64,000 nt of DNA from Octopus vulgaris (Eukaryota), in assembly GCA_951406725.2 (NCBI GenBank), contig OX597814.1:128526001-128590000 (forward strand), in the 5' to 3' direction. The position numbers and the translations under genes are program-made. Of this stretch, positions 48,215-62,951 are shown piece after piece (position 1 is the first letter of the stretch; each line of letters opens with the position of its first letter). The notes below the pieces were generated by a model. That model had not been told where the DNA came from and ran no database searches. It saw only the letters and a list, made by a program, of their open reading frames with translations.

Positions 48215-51200
48215 TTTGTCTTACAATAATATTTATTATAGTTAAGGTCTGACTAAAGAAAAAAATGTCTTTAGAAACTTTTAATGCTGATGACATGCAC
48301 CTTGAGCAACAAAAAAGTTTCAGACTCAAAGTAATATTTTAAAGGTGGCCCAATGCCTAAAAGTCATCATGGTAAACACAAAATTCTTAATTAGTAATAG
48401 AGAGTACAAAATCTAAGTGCCATTTAAATGTAGCCTTACGTACTGAGTAAAGAACAAACAGAAAAAATGCAGTGGGATCTCCGGCAGACTGATGGGGAAC
48501 CAGAAATTCATGTGCCCCTACTGTTTAAATTGTGTGTACAATACAGAATTTGCCCTTATTTCTTACAAGGTCACTTCCAGAAGGTACTGGTTGTAGTAAA
48601 TTTAATTAAGGAAATAAGGATGGTCATGATAAAAGTCTACTGTTTCTGTCATTACACTACTCTTTGAAATAAGAAATAATAACAATGTTAATGGATTTTT
48701 AATTATACATCAAATATTTATTTGTGAGATAAGATATTAAGTGACTTTCCTAAAATCACTTTACTACACAGAACAGATATTCACAGCTCTATCGGTGGTG
48801 TAAAAGTAAATAGTGTTGCATGGCATGTGGAAGACTAGGTCTGATAAATATAGTTTTTTTTTTTCTATGTAGAAGTGAGAAAGATGACTCGACTGGATCA
48901 TCATCATCGTTTAATGTCTGTTTTCGATGCTAGCATGGGTTGGACGGTTTGACTGGGGTCTAGGAAGCTAGGAGGCTGCGCCAGGCTCTAGTTTGATCTG
49001 GCAGTGTTTCTATGGCTGGATACCCTTCCTAAAGCCAACCACTCCGTGAGTGTAGTGAATGCTTTTTATGTGCCACCGGCTAAGGGGCCAGAGGAGGCTT
49101 GCAAACGGCCACGATCGGTTGGTGCTTTTTACGTGTCACCGACATGGATGCCAGTCAGGCAGCGCAGGCATCAGCCATGTTCGGCTGGTGCTTTATACGT
49201 GCCACCGTTGGAATAAAAACACACTGGGTTTAAGTTCAAATCTGCTGCAGGTGATTTGTTGTTTCCAAGTTGGTACAATCGTCAGAAAAAAAAAAAAAAA
49301 AAAAAAAGAAGTCATATGGAAATATTATCTGCTGGCATTAAACCCAGAGGGAGATTTATCATCCATTCACTTCACCCAATGAAACTAGAACTAAGCACTG
49401 GTACACAAAGTCTCTCAGTGTTTTAAGAGATTATGTACAAGTCTAGGACTTAATCACCTATCCACTATGTCAGTAACTCTAATAATTACTTTTCACACAG
49501 AATACAAAACCTAGATATTTTTATGTTGGAAGAACAGGAAGTGAAATGGCTCCAACAAAAAACTGAAGCCAACTCAGATTAATTGGCTTGTCATGAATAT
49601 ATTCCACTCTAAGAGTAACAAAAGCAATAAAGACGGACATGACATCAGGTCAGTTTTTGCAGAAGAGTTGGCTTGAATGCTTGTACCCTCGGGAAAAGTA
49701 GTTGGTTCTAGTGGGATTTCAGTAGGAAACAAATGGATAGCTGCATAACTGGTTACTACATGACTGTATTGCTAGGTCTCTTTACCATCTTATAATAATT
49801 CTGCTTGTTTCTGTTACTTAGCCTCTTTGTAATGCTTCCAGTGATTAGGGGGAGGGAGAGGTGGTGGTAAGTGAGATGTGTAATTTTTTTTTCTTTTGAA
49901 CTAAGTTGTTTTCCTTTGTTACTTAGCCTGTCTGTAACGCTTTCACGTGATTAGCTGAAGGGAAAAGCAGACAGCGAAAGAAAAAGAGGGTAAGGCAAAA
50001 AGTGAGAGAGAGAGAGGGAGAGTGCTGTGTATAAAGTTTATAAAGTGCATTAAGTAATCATTGTATTCCAATTTCCTTCACTTTTCAAAGATTAGCATAT
50101 GAGTGACTATTTTTGATACAGACACAACACAAGCTATGCTTTCAGGTTTTTTGGATAAAGTTTTCAGAAATAACCCAATAAATTTACCATTAATTCCGTG
50201 AAATATTTACAGGTCCCGCTCGTAATAATAATTTCTTTTGTTGAACCAAGTACTTGATTGGGAATAATTTCAGTGATTTAGATGAAAGGCAAACTTGACC
50301 TCATAAGATATTGGACTTAGTACTTAAAAGGGACATCACTAAATACCACAAAACATTTTGGTTTTCTATTGATAATAATGATAAGTGTTTCTAATTTAGA
50401 TGCAAGGCCAGCATTTTTGAGGGGAGGGGCTTAACTGATTACACACTTCATAAACGCCGGAAGAATGAAAAGCAAAGTTGACTGCTGGAATTTGAACTCA
50501 GAAATAAATATCACAAAGCATTTATTTAATGTTCTAATAATTCTGCCAGTTCACTGTCCTTGATAACCATTTCTTACAATGGCCCAAATTTGCTTAGGAT
50601 TATATCGACCCTAATACACAGCAAGTACTTATTTCATCAACCAGAAACATGAGGTGCTGTAATTCAATACTGCAACATATTTTGTCTGATGTTATTGTTT
50701 ATACCACTTCACTGCCTTTCTTTTACCACATATGCAATAATAATAGAAATGGTGTTTAACTTTGGCACGAAGCCACAATTTTGTAGGGAAGGGGTGAAGT
50801 CAATTATAATCAGAATCAGTACATATCTAGTACCTACTTTAACCCCAGCCCAACCCAAGATGAATGAAAGATAAAGTTGGCCTTGGTAAATTCAAACTAA
50901 AGGTGCAAACTGATGTTCTACATTTAGCCACTCTACTGGTCATAACAATTATCATCTAGGCACAAGGCCAGAAATATTGATGGAAGGGACAGTTAGTTAC
51001 ATCAGTCCAGTTACTTATTTACAAAAATATGTAAATTAACACTGGCTCTATTTGGATTTGAACTAAACACATAAAGGGATATAGTAACCCTAACCTAAAT
51101 CAGACATACACTCTTCTATTGTTTATCATCTAAAATTATATCAGATATGAAGTTCATTAACACAGTTTATATTCTGTATTACTTTAATCATAAATATTTC

Positions 51201-51520
51201 TAGCTTTGGCAAAAAGCCACAAGATGAATGAAAACAAAAGGACATTTTTCTTAACATGTGTTTGGTCAATATTTGACTAAATTATGCACTACTAATCTTT
51301 ATTAGCTGCCAGTAAGTATCTGAATGAAATTGTGTTTCTATGTACTTACATGTATGACTATAGCTTTTATTGTGCTTAATTTATTTTTCATATAAAATAC
51401 ACTGATTGCCCGGTATAAAAACATATTGAACAGGGTTTAGTTTTATTTACATCCAAATAACAAAGCAACATTTTTGTGGTCCTCCCACCATTCCTAAAAG
51501 AAAAAAATGCATTGAAATCA

Positions 51521-51903
51521 TCTCTCTCTATATAAACGGCAGTTTGTCTGTGCGTGTTTCTGTGTGTCTGTTTGCTTGTACCCTCACCCTGACCACGGCT
51601 TTCAACCGATTCTGATGAAACTTGACACACACATAGCCCAATGTCATAATTCAAAACTAACGCAGCGAAAATTTTGAAAAGTTCCCCCAGTTCTGAAAAA
51701 AATCGATAAATTCGACATGGGGTCGAGAATCAGAAACACAACCTGCAAACTGTCTAGGGGACGCAACTCCACCTTTTTTTACTCTCAAAAAAATTTACCA
51801 TCATTATTTTCCATTTTTTTGCTATTTTTTGGCTATAACTCTCTAAAAATGCTTTATAGTTATTTCCCTTACAAACCTGAGCAACGCCGGGCGATACTGC
51901 TAG
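51521..51903 (+). mobile_element. Non-autonomous Helitron
   Basis: A|TCTCTCTCTATATAAAC...(CTGT)-rich...cctgagcaacgccggg hairpin...CTAG|T. The 3' terminus resembles that of 6787-7168. Confidence 0.78.
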
Positions 51904-53433
51904 TTGAATTACAAAGGTGTAGTTCTTAGCTTCGACAGGGTCTGAGTTAGGGATTACCTCAAAGGAATAACCAATTACACAGACAAGCACTGCTAAAATG
52001 TTAGCACCTAATGCTTTGGTGAATTCGAAGAATGTGATAGCAGTGCACAACACACAAGTTAAAATGTTCTAAAAATGGTGTGTATGTGTGTGTGGGGGGG
52101 AGTGGAAACTTTTCTTTCATACATATTTCATTGAAGGCCTGACTATGTTCCAGTTTTATCCTTTATATTTATAAATTTTTCATATTTTCTATCAGTTACC
52201 TGGAACTGATAGTTCCTATAGATATAAGTTTATAAATCTACATTCAACATTTCCACACCTTCACAGATGCAAAATCTATTTCAGTTCTTGAAAATGAGAC
52301 TGCAAAAGTGTGGAAGCATTGAACATGAATTTAGAAACTTTATTGTTTTAAAACTGGACTGGCTCCTGTGCAGGTGGCATGTAAAAAACACCATTTGAGC
52401 ATGGCCATTGCCAGTATCGCCTGACTGGCCCTTGTGCTGGTAGCACGTAAAAACACCCACTACACTCTCAGAGTGGTTGGTGTTAGGAAAGGCATCCAGC
52501 TGTAGAAACTCTGCTAGCTCAGATTGGAGCCTGGTGCAGCCATCTGGTTTGCCAGTACTCAGCCAGATTGTTCAACCCATGCCAGCATGGAAAGCGGACG
52601 TTAAATGACGACGATGATGATGATATATATATATATATATCAAACTGGGCAGAAACATTCAACTTAATCATCATCAGAAACAATTAGCACATAACACTCA
52701 TTTACAGTTGAGTGATTAGTGTCATAAAACACTAGTCCAGTAATTCATAATTTGCTGAACTATCCATGATTCATATAATTAGACAAAAAAGAAAGAAAAA
52801 GTAACAGATGGCAGAGGTGGTAATGTGGTAGTGCGTTCGACACAATACTTTGAGAGATTTTGTTCAGTCCTTTAATATTCTGAGTTCAAACTCTGTTACA
52901 GATGATTTTACCTATGGCAGTAGATGAAATGTGCATCAGTGAGTTGCAGGGCCTAATGCAAAAGGTACCCCAGCAAAAAGAAAGAGGAGAGAAAAGTCAA
53001 CAATATACTTTGACCTCTGGTCCTCAGTTACGCTGTCTTTCTTTCCTTCTGCCTTTTCTATTGCCCAACTCCTCAGAGCTGTCTGGACTTGTGCCAACAC
53101 CACTCCCTTGCCCCCACCCTCTAGCACCCACATTGTGCCCAATTGCCTAATCCCTGCATTAACCATTATATCCAGTCTTTCTTGAACAAAGTGTTGGTAT
53201 TCAGAAATTCTCTCCCTGCAGTTTTTGATTAGCAACAATTTAAGAAATGGCTTTTGTGTGTTTCTTAAATGACTTATAAACACCTTCCACGCTGCAATTG
53301 TTTTCGTTTCAGCACACGATCTCAGATCAAATTACTTGCTATGCGAGTACATCTCCGTAATTAATTAAATGCATTGATCTTAATGATCTTGGCAGGCCTG
53401 CTATAGTCATGGGCACACACACTTCCTCTAGAC

Positions 53434-53681
53434 TAGTGCTTCTCAACTGTTTTTTTTACCTATGGACCCCCTTAATTCCTGTTTCATCCAGATGGACCCT
53501 TATAACCATTTAATGTTTAAAAAATCATATATTTTTATAATTAAATATTATGAAAAAAAATTAAGATAGTAAGGTATTTTGTGTATTATAGAAGTACTAC
53601 CAATTTATTGCAGATAAATTTTTATGACAAAAACTTATATGGAACCCCAAAGGTCATGTGGATCTCAACTGAGGACCACTG
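53434..53681. mobile_element. Degenerate hAT/Charlie-type MITE
   Basis: Ends (t)agtgcttctcaact ... aactgaggaccactg resemble CAGTGGTTCTCAAC TIRs, with subterminal tggacccc motifs. The TSD is eroded. Confidence 0.5.
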
Positions 53682-54468
53682 CCTTAAGCCAATCCAGCAA
53701 AATTAAATTTAAAAAAAAAAAAGTCCCACCTAAATATTCTTATTAGAAGACGGACCCACCCAAGATAAAAACAAAATCTGTTTCAACAATGTTTTCACAT
53801 CAGGAATCTTGCAAACCAAATACAAAATAAAAGAAACTAATTAACAAAAAAAAAAAGAAACAACACTGAATAATATAAATTGGCTTATCTTAATTATCTA
53901 GCTAATCCAATTTCATTGAATTTTATAATTAGTGGCATACATACCACACCTCTGTTCATATTTTATAATAGGTTACCCTTTTAGCCAGTGTCTTGTGCTT
54001 GTATTCTGGGTGTATTTCTATATATTGACTACAAACATAAACATTAGACAGTAACAAAATATATCACTTCTCTTTCTATAAATATCCTGTCCATCAATGG
54101 ACAAGATATATGTAGAAAGAGAGTGAGGAACCCCTTCCTCCAGTGCAAGTGAAATTTTACCCACATTCATTCAAATGTAAAACTTTCCTCTAATGATGTC
54201 TCTGAAAGCCAATATGATAAAATTGTTTATGCCTTAAGACTAAAACATCTGTTGCATAACTTTAAATTATTGAAATTAATAATTCAATATTTTTCTTAGT
54301 ACAGATGCACCCCCAACAAGTTCTAATACATTTGTAATTCACTCCTGGCACCAGAAAGACTCCCTACTGCTAATGAATTTAAATGTGATCATTGAGACGA
54401 TGTATCTAGGGCTACATCACCCAATTGGCTAATAGTGTCTTTTCTGAAGACAACAAAGTATGATTTAA

Positions 54469-55015
54469 CCCTTTAGCATTTAAACTGGACATTATTTTAT
54501 TTATGCGCCCTTTTCAAGTCTAGCCAGGCTCATGGGCCCGGTTTCCGGTTTCTGTGGCGTATGTGTTCCCCCCAGCTGGACGGGATGCCAGTCCATCGCA
54601 GTGTTACTCAAGAAACAGGAGGAAAAAGTGAGAGAAAGTTGAGGCGAAAGAGTACAACAGGGGTCGCCACCACCCCCTGCCAGAGCCTCGTGGAGCTTTA
54701 GGTGTTTTTGCTCAATAAACACACACAACGCCTGGTCTGGGAATCGAAACCGCGATCCTCCGACCGTGAGTCCCTTGCCCTAACCACTAGGCCATTGCAC
54801 CTCCACTTAAACCGGACATAGCTAATCAAAATATTCTACTTGTTTTATGTTCAAACTGGCCAGATCTTGCCTCTCGTGCCTACTCTAAAATGTCGTTCCA
54901 AAAATATACAATCATATCATTGAAATCTCAAAGCTACAAGATAATAGATGCTTAATTCAAAACAATGTGAATAGATAAGCATTGCATTCAACAGAATGAT
55001 CTGAATGCTTAAGGG
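54469..55015. mobile_element. TTAA MITE family 1, interrupted by a SINE
   Basis: TTAA-CCCTTTAGCATT...AATGCTTAAGGG-TTAA. SINE insert 54493-54806 with a 13-bp TSD. Confidence 0.75.
54493..54806 (-). mobile_element. SINE family D-related, same 3' half as 10348-10602 but a different middle
   Basis: TSD ttaaac(t/c)ggacat at 54480-54492 and 54807-54819. Confidence 0.8.
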
Positions 55016-55285
55016 TTAAGGAAGATTGTGCTGCTGTTTCTAACAGGTCAATTAACCACTTGGAAAGTTTATCATTGGTTCATGTTAATATATAATGATG
55101 GCTGTAAATTGGCAGAATCATTAGCATATCAGAATAAAATACTTTGTGGTGTTTAGTTACATTCCATTATGTTTTGAATTTACATCCTAACAAAAATAGA
55201 TTTTTGGTTTTTATTACTTGATAGCTTGAATGTGTAGAACCAGTTCACTGACAGATCTTAAGAAATAAGGAACATCAAATCTTAA

Positions 55286-55508
55286 CCCTTTTGTTACCAA
55301 CCCGGCTGAAACCGACTCTGGCTATGAGTACAAATATCTTGTTTTCAGAAGTAGTTTTGAATTAAAATCTTCCTCCAAACCTTGGTCACAATTTATGTTT
55401 CTAACACTAGCTGAATGATAACTAAGTTATTTTAGTAAATTCTTTGTTGTATTTAAAGTAATTGAAAGAAACACAGAGCATCTCAAAATAAATACAGTAA
55501 CAAAAGGG
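55286..55508 (+). mobile_element. TTAA MITE family 2
   Basis: TTAA-CCCTTTTGTTACC...GTAACAAAAGGG-TTAA, colinear with 21947-22167. Confidence 0.8.
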
Positions 55509-55765
55509 TTAAAGCAGTTTTGGAACTGTTTTCCAACACAATTAGATGACAAATTCAAAGTGGTGGAACAATGAAATATAAAAAACTTTTGAGGAAAAGT
55601 GCGATGAATTCTGGATATGAAGTTTAAATGCCTCACAAATAAGCAGATTCAAGTCAGGAATAATAACTCAAAATATGCAATTGTGTGTCTAGAGATAGAC
55701 AAAGATCTGCCGAATGCATAACTGAATGAAGGAGGACCTGAGTAGAAAGGAAGAAATAACATTAA

Positions 55766-55985
55766 CCCTTTCATTACTGTATTTATTTTGAGATGCTCTG
55801 TGTTTCTTTCAAGTACTTTAAATAGAACAAAGAATTTAGTAAAATAACTTAGTTATCATTCAGCTAGTGTTAGGAACATAAATTGTGACTAAGATTTGGT
55901 GGAAGATTTTAATTCAAAACTTATGAAAATAAGACATTTGTACTCGGAGCCAGAGCAAGTTTCAACCGGGGTGGTAACAAAAGGT
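55766..55985 (-). mobile_element. TTAA MITE family 2, opposite orientation
   Basis: Reverse-complement homolog of 55286-55508, TTAA on both sides. Confidence 0.8.
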
Positions 55986-58900
55986 TTAAGTTATTTCTTG
56001 ACTGCATGGTTTATGCTCATAGCAAAAACTGTTTTCCAATGCAAGCTGATAAAACTCAAGTGTGTTTGTAATCCGTAACAGTGTGCTGAACACGGTCATA
56101 ATGCCCATTGCTTGCAGCACATGATATCACAAGAAGGTAGAACAACTCAAGGATGTGGCTGTTGAGATAGCTGACTTTTTGGCCTCAGGTACACCCAGAT
56201 CTATCATGCCCATGATCAAAAGCACTCCAGTAGTAGCCATATTATCTTACTTTCAGGAATAATGCATCTTCTTAATCTCACAAATTCATTCCTCAATGTT
56301 GTCTGAGCTTACTTTTACTTTCATACTACCTAGATTTATGTGATGAAAGTCATTCCAACTGTGACTAACACAGCTTAATTTCAGACATACTGGATAAAGA
56401 AATCCTGACTATACTGTGTCCTGAAGACGGTAGAGTGTAATTCGAAGGATGTTTGGCAGGGCAATCAATCATATCAAAGCTTTCTCTGTTGTTGATAATG
56501 ATCATGATAAAATAGTTAGTGCCTAACTAAATCACAGAAACCTAGTTTATAAGTCGTGAGTAATCAGGTAATATACTTTCAGAGAATAAGATTTATTGGT
56601 CTTAATTTAAGCTCCATGTAACATTTTAATCACTAGTAGCAATGATTAATAGTACACAAGAATAAATCACGCACACACAGTCACTAGCACTAAACAGGTT
56701 AACCTTTCTTCATAGCTATATAGTTTAAACAGTACAAAGCAACTGTTGTTGATTAATATAATTGTGATGCAAGCAGCAGTTAGTTTGTACAGCCAAAAAT
56801 AAAGACAAACTCACATATCTTCACGTTACGAAGAACACAAATAAGTCGCAGACAATTTGAGGGAAATGGACAGGAAGAGAAGAAAGAAAAATCAAAAACC
56901 CAACAGCAAAAAAACCCCAAAACAAATAAAAACCTAAAACTCTGTAAAATGTACATAATATTCCACACTAATCTATTCTTGAGTTAAAAATTCAAATTAA
57001 AACTTAAAAATACAGAACAAACTTAATGTAAAAATATTAATTGAATGCTCCAATTAAATTACTAATTGAAAGAAAAAAGTAACATAATCACCAATACTGG
57101 AATATATTATAGTATTATCTTTAATGCAACGAAGCCATTTCAGAAATCCTGTTCTGTCTATTTTCATTTCTAAGGTTTTAGATTCACATTTTTGTTGCAA
57201 TCATTTAATTTTTTTTGTTTTTTTTTTTTTTGCTAAGCTTTCACACATTATGCAATTCTAAGTAGACCAATTTCTCAAAGGAAACTTTCATTTTCTCAAA
57301 TATTTGTTCTTAGAAGTTTGTCAAGTAAAAAAGTAAGACCATTATCATTGCTGTCATCATCATCATCATCGTCACTGTTACTTTTATTAAAACTATTCAT
57401 ATTTCTATGTAACTTTTAGAGGGTTAAACAGATTTATAAAATTATATTTCCAGCTGAATCAGCCCCAAATAACTTCAACCAGTAACCGTCTGATCAGACT
57501 ATAATGTATGTTAACAAAGAAACCAGAAAGTACATCAGTCAAAATAGCGTGTATAAAAAGAAAAAAAGAAAAAGAAAATAGCTTAATAGTCTGAATAAAC
57601 ATCTTACATTCTATTTAACACCGCATGTCAAAAATTGCTATTTTCATCGTTAAGCCATTTACAAAAATCATAGCCTTTTCTTTATTTTTTAAATTTTGGC
57701 TGCAGTTCAACTATGTTTCCTATCTATTAATATTCCAAAATATACCTGCTTCTCATTTTCTTTTTACATCACATGTTTATACTATGCGAATTGTTGAAAC
57801 TTGGTCTCATGCAACATTTGATATTGTGAATACTTGGTTACCATGGAACTCTTTTGCTAGTTCCAGCTTCATATTTACTTTACTCATTCAGTAGATCAGA
57901 CCTATTGTACTCTTTTGTGACACATGCCTATCTTATCCACTACTCTCACATTCTTCAGACAAGATTCTTATATAAAGAAACTATTTCTTTTTAAACTGAT
58001 AACCAGAGACATTTTTAATTACTCACAATGTGTAGCCATATGAAATAATCAAATCACAAAATATGTTTGACTGCTGTAATTATAAAACGATTTCCAGGGT
58101 CTTGTATTTATTTATCATCATCATTTAACATGTCTTCCATGCTAGTATGGGTTGGGTGGTTTGACAAAAAAGAAAAAAAAGTGAAGTTGTGATGTTGATA
58201 CTTTTCTAAGAGTAACAGCATCAAACCGTATTTGGTGGCATAAAAGATGCACCCTAATTGTAACAGTGCATATTCAGGAAGACAGTTTTTACTGCATTAA
58301 AGCTTATGACAGGCCCAACTTTGCATACAGAACTCAGGGTGATTTTTGAGATTAATTTTTTTTTTTTTAATAGAAAAAGTGCACTTTAAATGCCATCAAA
58401 CACAGAACTAAAATAGTTCTAACTGGGAATTGAAACTATGTTGTGGCTTTGGCTCATTGAGAAATTATCACCACACCAAGGGAGGAGGGCTGTAACACTG
58501 CATTATTACTGTGTTGTTTACTGGCTTCTTAACTCTGAAAACACTACAATCAGTGATTAATTGTCAAGAGATTAATTATATCACAGGGATTTTGTTAATA
58601 ACAATTACCTACAAGGAAATTTCTCAGACATTAGTTCATCCAAATGACTCACAACTACATGACTAGATTTGTTTGTCTTGAAATGGTTTTGATTCACTAC
58701 AGTTGAATACTTCATTTTCCACTTGTTTAACAATCCTTACAACTACCACTGATTAAGGACAGGTAAACTGCCAGCATATTAAATTTGTAACCTAGTTACA
58801 TTTCTCAGTTGAATTCTTTTGTTATTCAAAATTTAATTAAGAAACAAGACAATTCAGAATTAAAAAATAAAGTAGAAATCAGAATCCAAGGAAATTAGAG

Positions 58901-59149
58901 ATGGCTCACTTTATACATAATTCCTAAATATTTTTCATAAAAGACTCAACTTCAAACATCAGATCTTGTTTCTCCACGTGGTACAAACTTACATGAACTT
59001 TACAAAAATTAAGTTAATTAAAAAAAAAGAACTTCCCCATGAACTATGTTAAGATATGAGAAATCTAAATTTATAAGATTTCAACAAAAGATTTTAGAAA
59101 TGGGAATCATCTACAGATGCACAATACTTGGTAAGAGCTACTATTTAAT

Positions 59150-62100
59150 ATGGCACTCTCACAAACTCTTGCCCTCAATGATAATTTTCTTAATACCAGC
59201 AGATGAAGGCAGTGTCTGATGAGGTAGATTCCAGTAAACTGGGTATCTGACAGTCCACTGCAGCAGAACACTACCCCTACTGTTGCATTATCTTTGTGTT
59301 ATGTCACAAGACCAAGATGCTGGAAATGAAGATAGTGTTGATCTGATGATCATAACTGATGAACCTCTTAAACAATCTATGCAGAGCTGTTTGCCTTGCA
59401 AACTAAAGTCAATTGCTGTATCTATAGCAACAATGTAAACTATTTATGTATACATAACTAAAAATCAAAATATTGAAAAAACATTAATTTCTCAATCATA
59501 CAGTAGCTTTCTGAAATTATGCTTCAAATATAGGTATACATACAATCAGTTTCTCACTGCCATCAGTGCTTATGCTCTAACTCTTGTGAATAATAAAAAA
59601 AAATTCATGGATGTTTTCTATGGATTGCTACATGTAATTCCACACAGTCTATCACTGGATGACACAGGTAAATGCAATGTAAGTAGATTTTAACTCCTGA
59701 AGTTTTGTTCGGGGTTTGGCCTCATAACTATTTTCTCTCAAAACGTTAAACATGGATACATCATGTTCAAATAATTGACAATTAATTGATTTTGTTGTTA
59801 CATGGACTTGATATATTAAATGTGCAGCTCACAGGATCAATGTGATCTACTGAAGAGTGCTGAACAGAGTAACACTAAGAAAAATTATAAAATTCATATA
59901 CAAATGCTTATCCAGACTTCAACACAATGTTGAAAGGAAGAAATATGTTAAAATGTCTTAAAAATCTCAATGTTAGCAACAATTACTGTACTTTTTGAAG
60001 CAGTCTTTGGGATCTTGACTGAAGAAGAGCAGTACTTGATGTTGCAAAAATAAACCTTGATTCACACAGTAAGCTAAACAGTTCAATGAAAATAGCCACA
60101 CAATAAAAGCACTAATTGTAGAAAGGAAAAAGAGTAAAACTTGACAAAGGGAACAGTACTAACTGTAAAGTCAAATACAGAGTTTGTCATGTCAGAAACA
60201 CAACAAAGAAAACTTAGAAATACACAGAATTAATGGTGGCTTGACAAAGCCTCGAGAAATATAAGACTGTATAGACAAGGACCAATCAAGAGGCTTCTTC
60301 AAAGTTTTTAGGCACACAGACATGAAAAAGGTCCCAAATAATTTGCAGATGGAAATCTCACTGTAAAAAAAAAATGCAATACTGGTGAGATGATGAAAGC
60401 ATTTTGAAAATTTTATTGTCCGTCACATACATCACTTGAATATAATGACAACAGTACATCAAAGTATAGAGAAATAGAGAGTTGAGGGACACTGTCCCAT
60501 AGCAGTAAACTGTTCCTCCATGCCTGGCTGTTCTACCACAACTGACAGAACCTCGATGATCTCCAAAATATGAAATAACACACTTGGAGGATCAGATAAA
60601 ATTCTGGTAATGAAATTAAAAAAGAATGAATATAGCGTGTAAATTACTGAAGTATTTCTCTTTTCTCCATAGTTGGAAAAGTCCTCATAACAACTTTTAT
60701 AGGTAGGCTGATTTCTGCTTGTAGAACAAATACTTCCAAAGGGCCAATGAGCATTTAGACCTGATCACAGTGTGGAAGATATCATTGTTTCCTTATGACA
60801 AACCCAAGTGTTTAACAAAGCTGTTCTCTTTGAACATTTTCCTGTGATCTTATCAAGGCTTTTGATGCCATATGGCACTATGATGAAGATTCCTGATTGC
60901 TCTGGAGACCCACTTCATTTCTTAGGGCTCTTCATTATGATATGACAAGATAAATAATTTAAGGGAAAACCATTTTGTCTTTCTATTATTGGTAAGGGTG
61001 CTCAACAGGATGCTGTTCTTTCTCTGACTGCGTTAATCTATATCCTGTAGCTATGCTGCAATTAGTACTATAATTACCAGCTGTAATTCCCATTTAGTTT
61101 CATTATAATGGAAATGCTTTCAACTTTTAGTGGCTAAAAACAGGAAAACTGATGTCTACTTCTAATATACTGAATAGCTTCAATATACTGAAAACATTGT
61201 CAGAAAGCAGAGTCCTGAAGACCCCAAGGCTGCTTCAAACATATTTGTGACTGTTTATGAACATTTTGAAGTGTAAGATAAAATTTAAAAAAATAAAGGT
61301 CTTGGCACAATCTCAACAAATAAATTATATATAGTCAAATTCTTGATTCTGAGAGGTAAATGTACAATGGGTAACCGGGATATTATTCTAAGATATATAT
61401 ATATATGGTTGTGTGTTGGTGTGTTTACGACCGATAGAATGAATACTAGGCTTTAAAAAAAAAGTCCTGTAGTCGTTTTGTTCGACTAAAAGTCTTCAAA
61501 GTGGTGCCCCGGCATGGCTGCAGTCATATGGGTAAAACAAGTAAAAAACCTGGAATAGAAACACTTATTTTCAAATTCAAATCAACCACACTGAACAAGT
61601 TGAATGTTTCTTGCTATCTGGGATACATCAAGGATAAAATAAAGATGCAACAGGATCCAATGAAATTTCAAAATGTATTTGCCTTGCATATGTTGCATTG
61701 AGAAAATGTATAAAAGCCTCTTATGTTGAGATGTAATCAAAGCAAGCACCAAGTTGATGGTTTACAAAGCTGTTGTTCTCATAACCTTCTTGTAAGGATA
61801 TAGATGTGAAGCCAGGATGCTTTATTGAAAAAACATAAAAATGTTGGAAAACTTCCATCATACAAAGCTGCAAACCAATTTGTGTATACACTGGCAAAAT
61901 CATATTACAAATAATGAAATACTTGACTGAGCCAGACTCAGCAGCATTGAGGCTGAAGTGTTACATTGTCAGCTGCAATCATCATCATAATAATTTAGTA
62001 TGAACATCCATGCTTGCATGGGTGAAACAGAATTTGTTGAGGCAGATTTTCTACAGCCAGATACCCCTCTTGTCAGCAACCATCACCTGTTTCTCAGTAA

Positions 62101-62620
62101 GGTAATATTTCTTCATAGCCAAACATGTTTTTCACTGAAGACAGGAAATGAATAGCATTGATCATTTACAACCACCACATGATGCCAAGACAAAGGTACA
62201 CATAAACATATATGATTGGTTTCTTTCAGTTTTCATTCACTGAATCCACTCACAAGGCTTTGGTTGATTCAGGGTTATAAGTGTACACTTGCCCAAGACA
62301 CAATGCAGTGGGACTGAAGCAAACTTCTTCACCACACAGCCATGCTTGCAATGGGCACTACATATTGAAAGAATGTCATATTACTCACTGACTGTAAGAA
62401 GAGCTTATGTAAGACTTATAAGATGCATGTCCAGTAAGAGCCGAGGTGAGAATACAAGGATCAACTAAAGTGAACACTGAAAAACTGATGTATCTTTATG
62501 GAAGGTTGAAACATCTCATCGACGGCTCTGGCTGAGAAAATAACATATTAGACGTGTATAAAGAGGAGGCTGAATGAAACCCAACTCTTAGCAGCACTCC
62601 AATTCTCATGTCCTCGCAGG
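59150..62620 (+). pseudogene. Highly decayed RTE/BovB-like LINE, interrupted by younger inserts
   Basis: Remnants ISAYAL, DLIKAFD (60846-60866), GAQQDAVLS, KIKVLAQ, YLG, LENFHH..LQ and YKDQLK in colinear order. Confidence 0.55.
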
Positions 62621-62890
62621 CAAGGTACTAAAAGGTGTAAACTAGATTAATATAGAACAAATAAATTAAATATAGTCAAATTCTTGATTCTGAGAGGTGA
62701 ATGTACCATGGGTAACCTGGATATTATTCTAATATATATATATATATATGGTTGTGTTGTGTGTTTACGACCGATAGAATGAATACTAGGCTTAAAAAAA
62801 AGTCCTGTAGTCGTTTTGTTCGACTAAAAGTCTTCAAAGTGGTGCCCAGGTATGGCCGCAGTCATATGGGTAAAACAAGTAAAAAATAAC

Positions 62891-62951
<61 letters not shown>

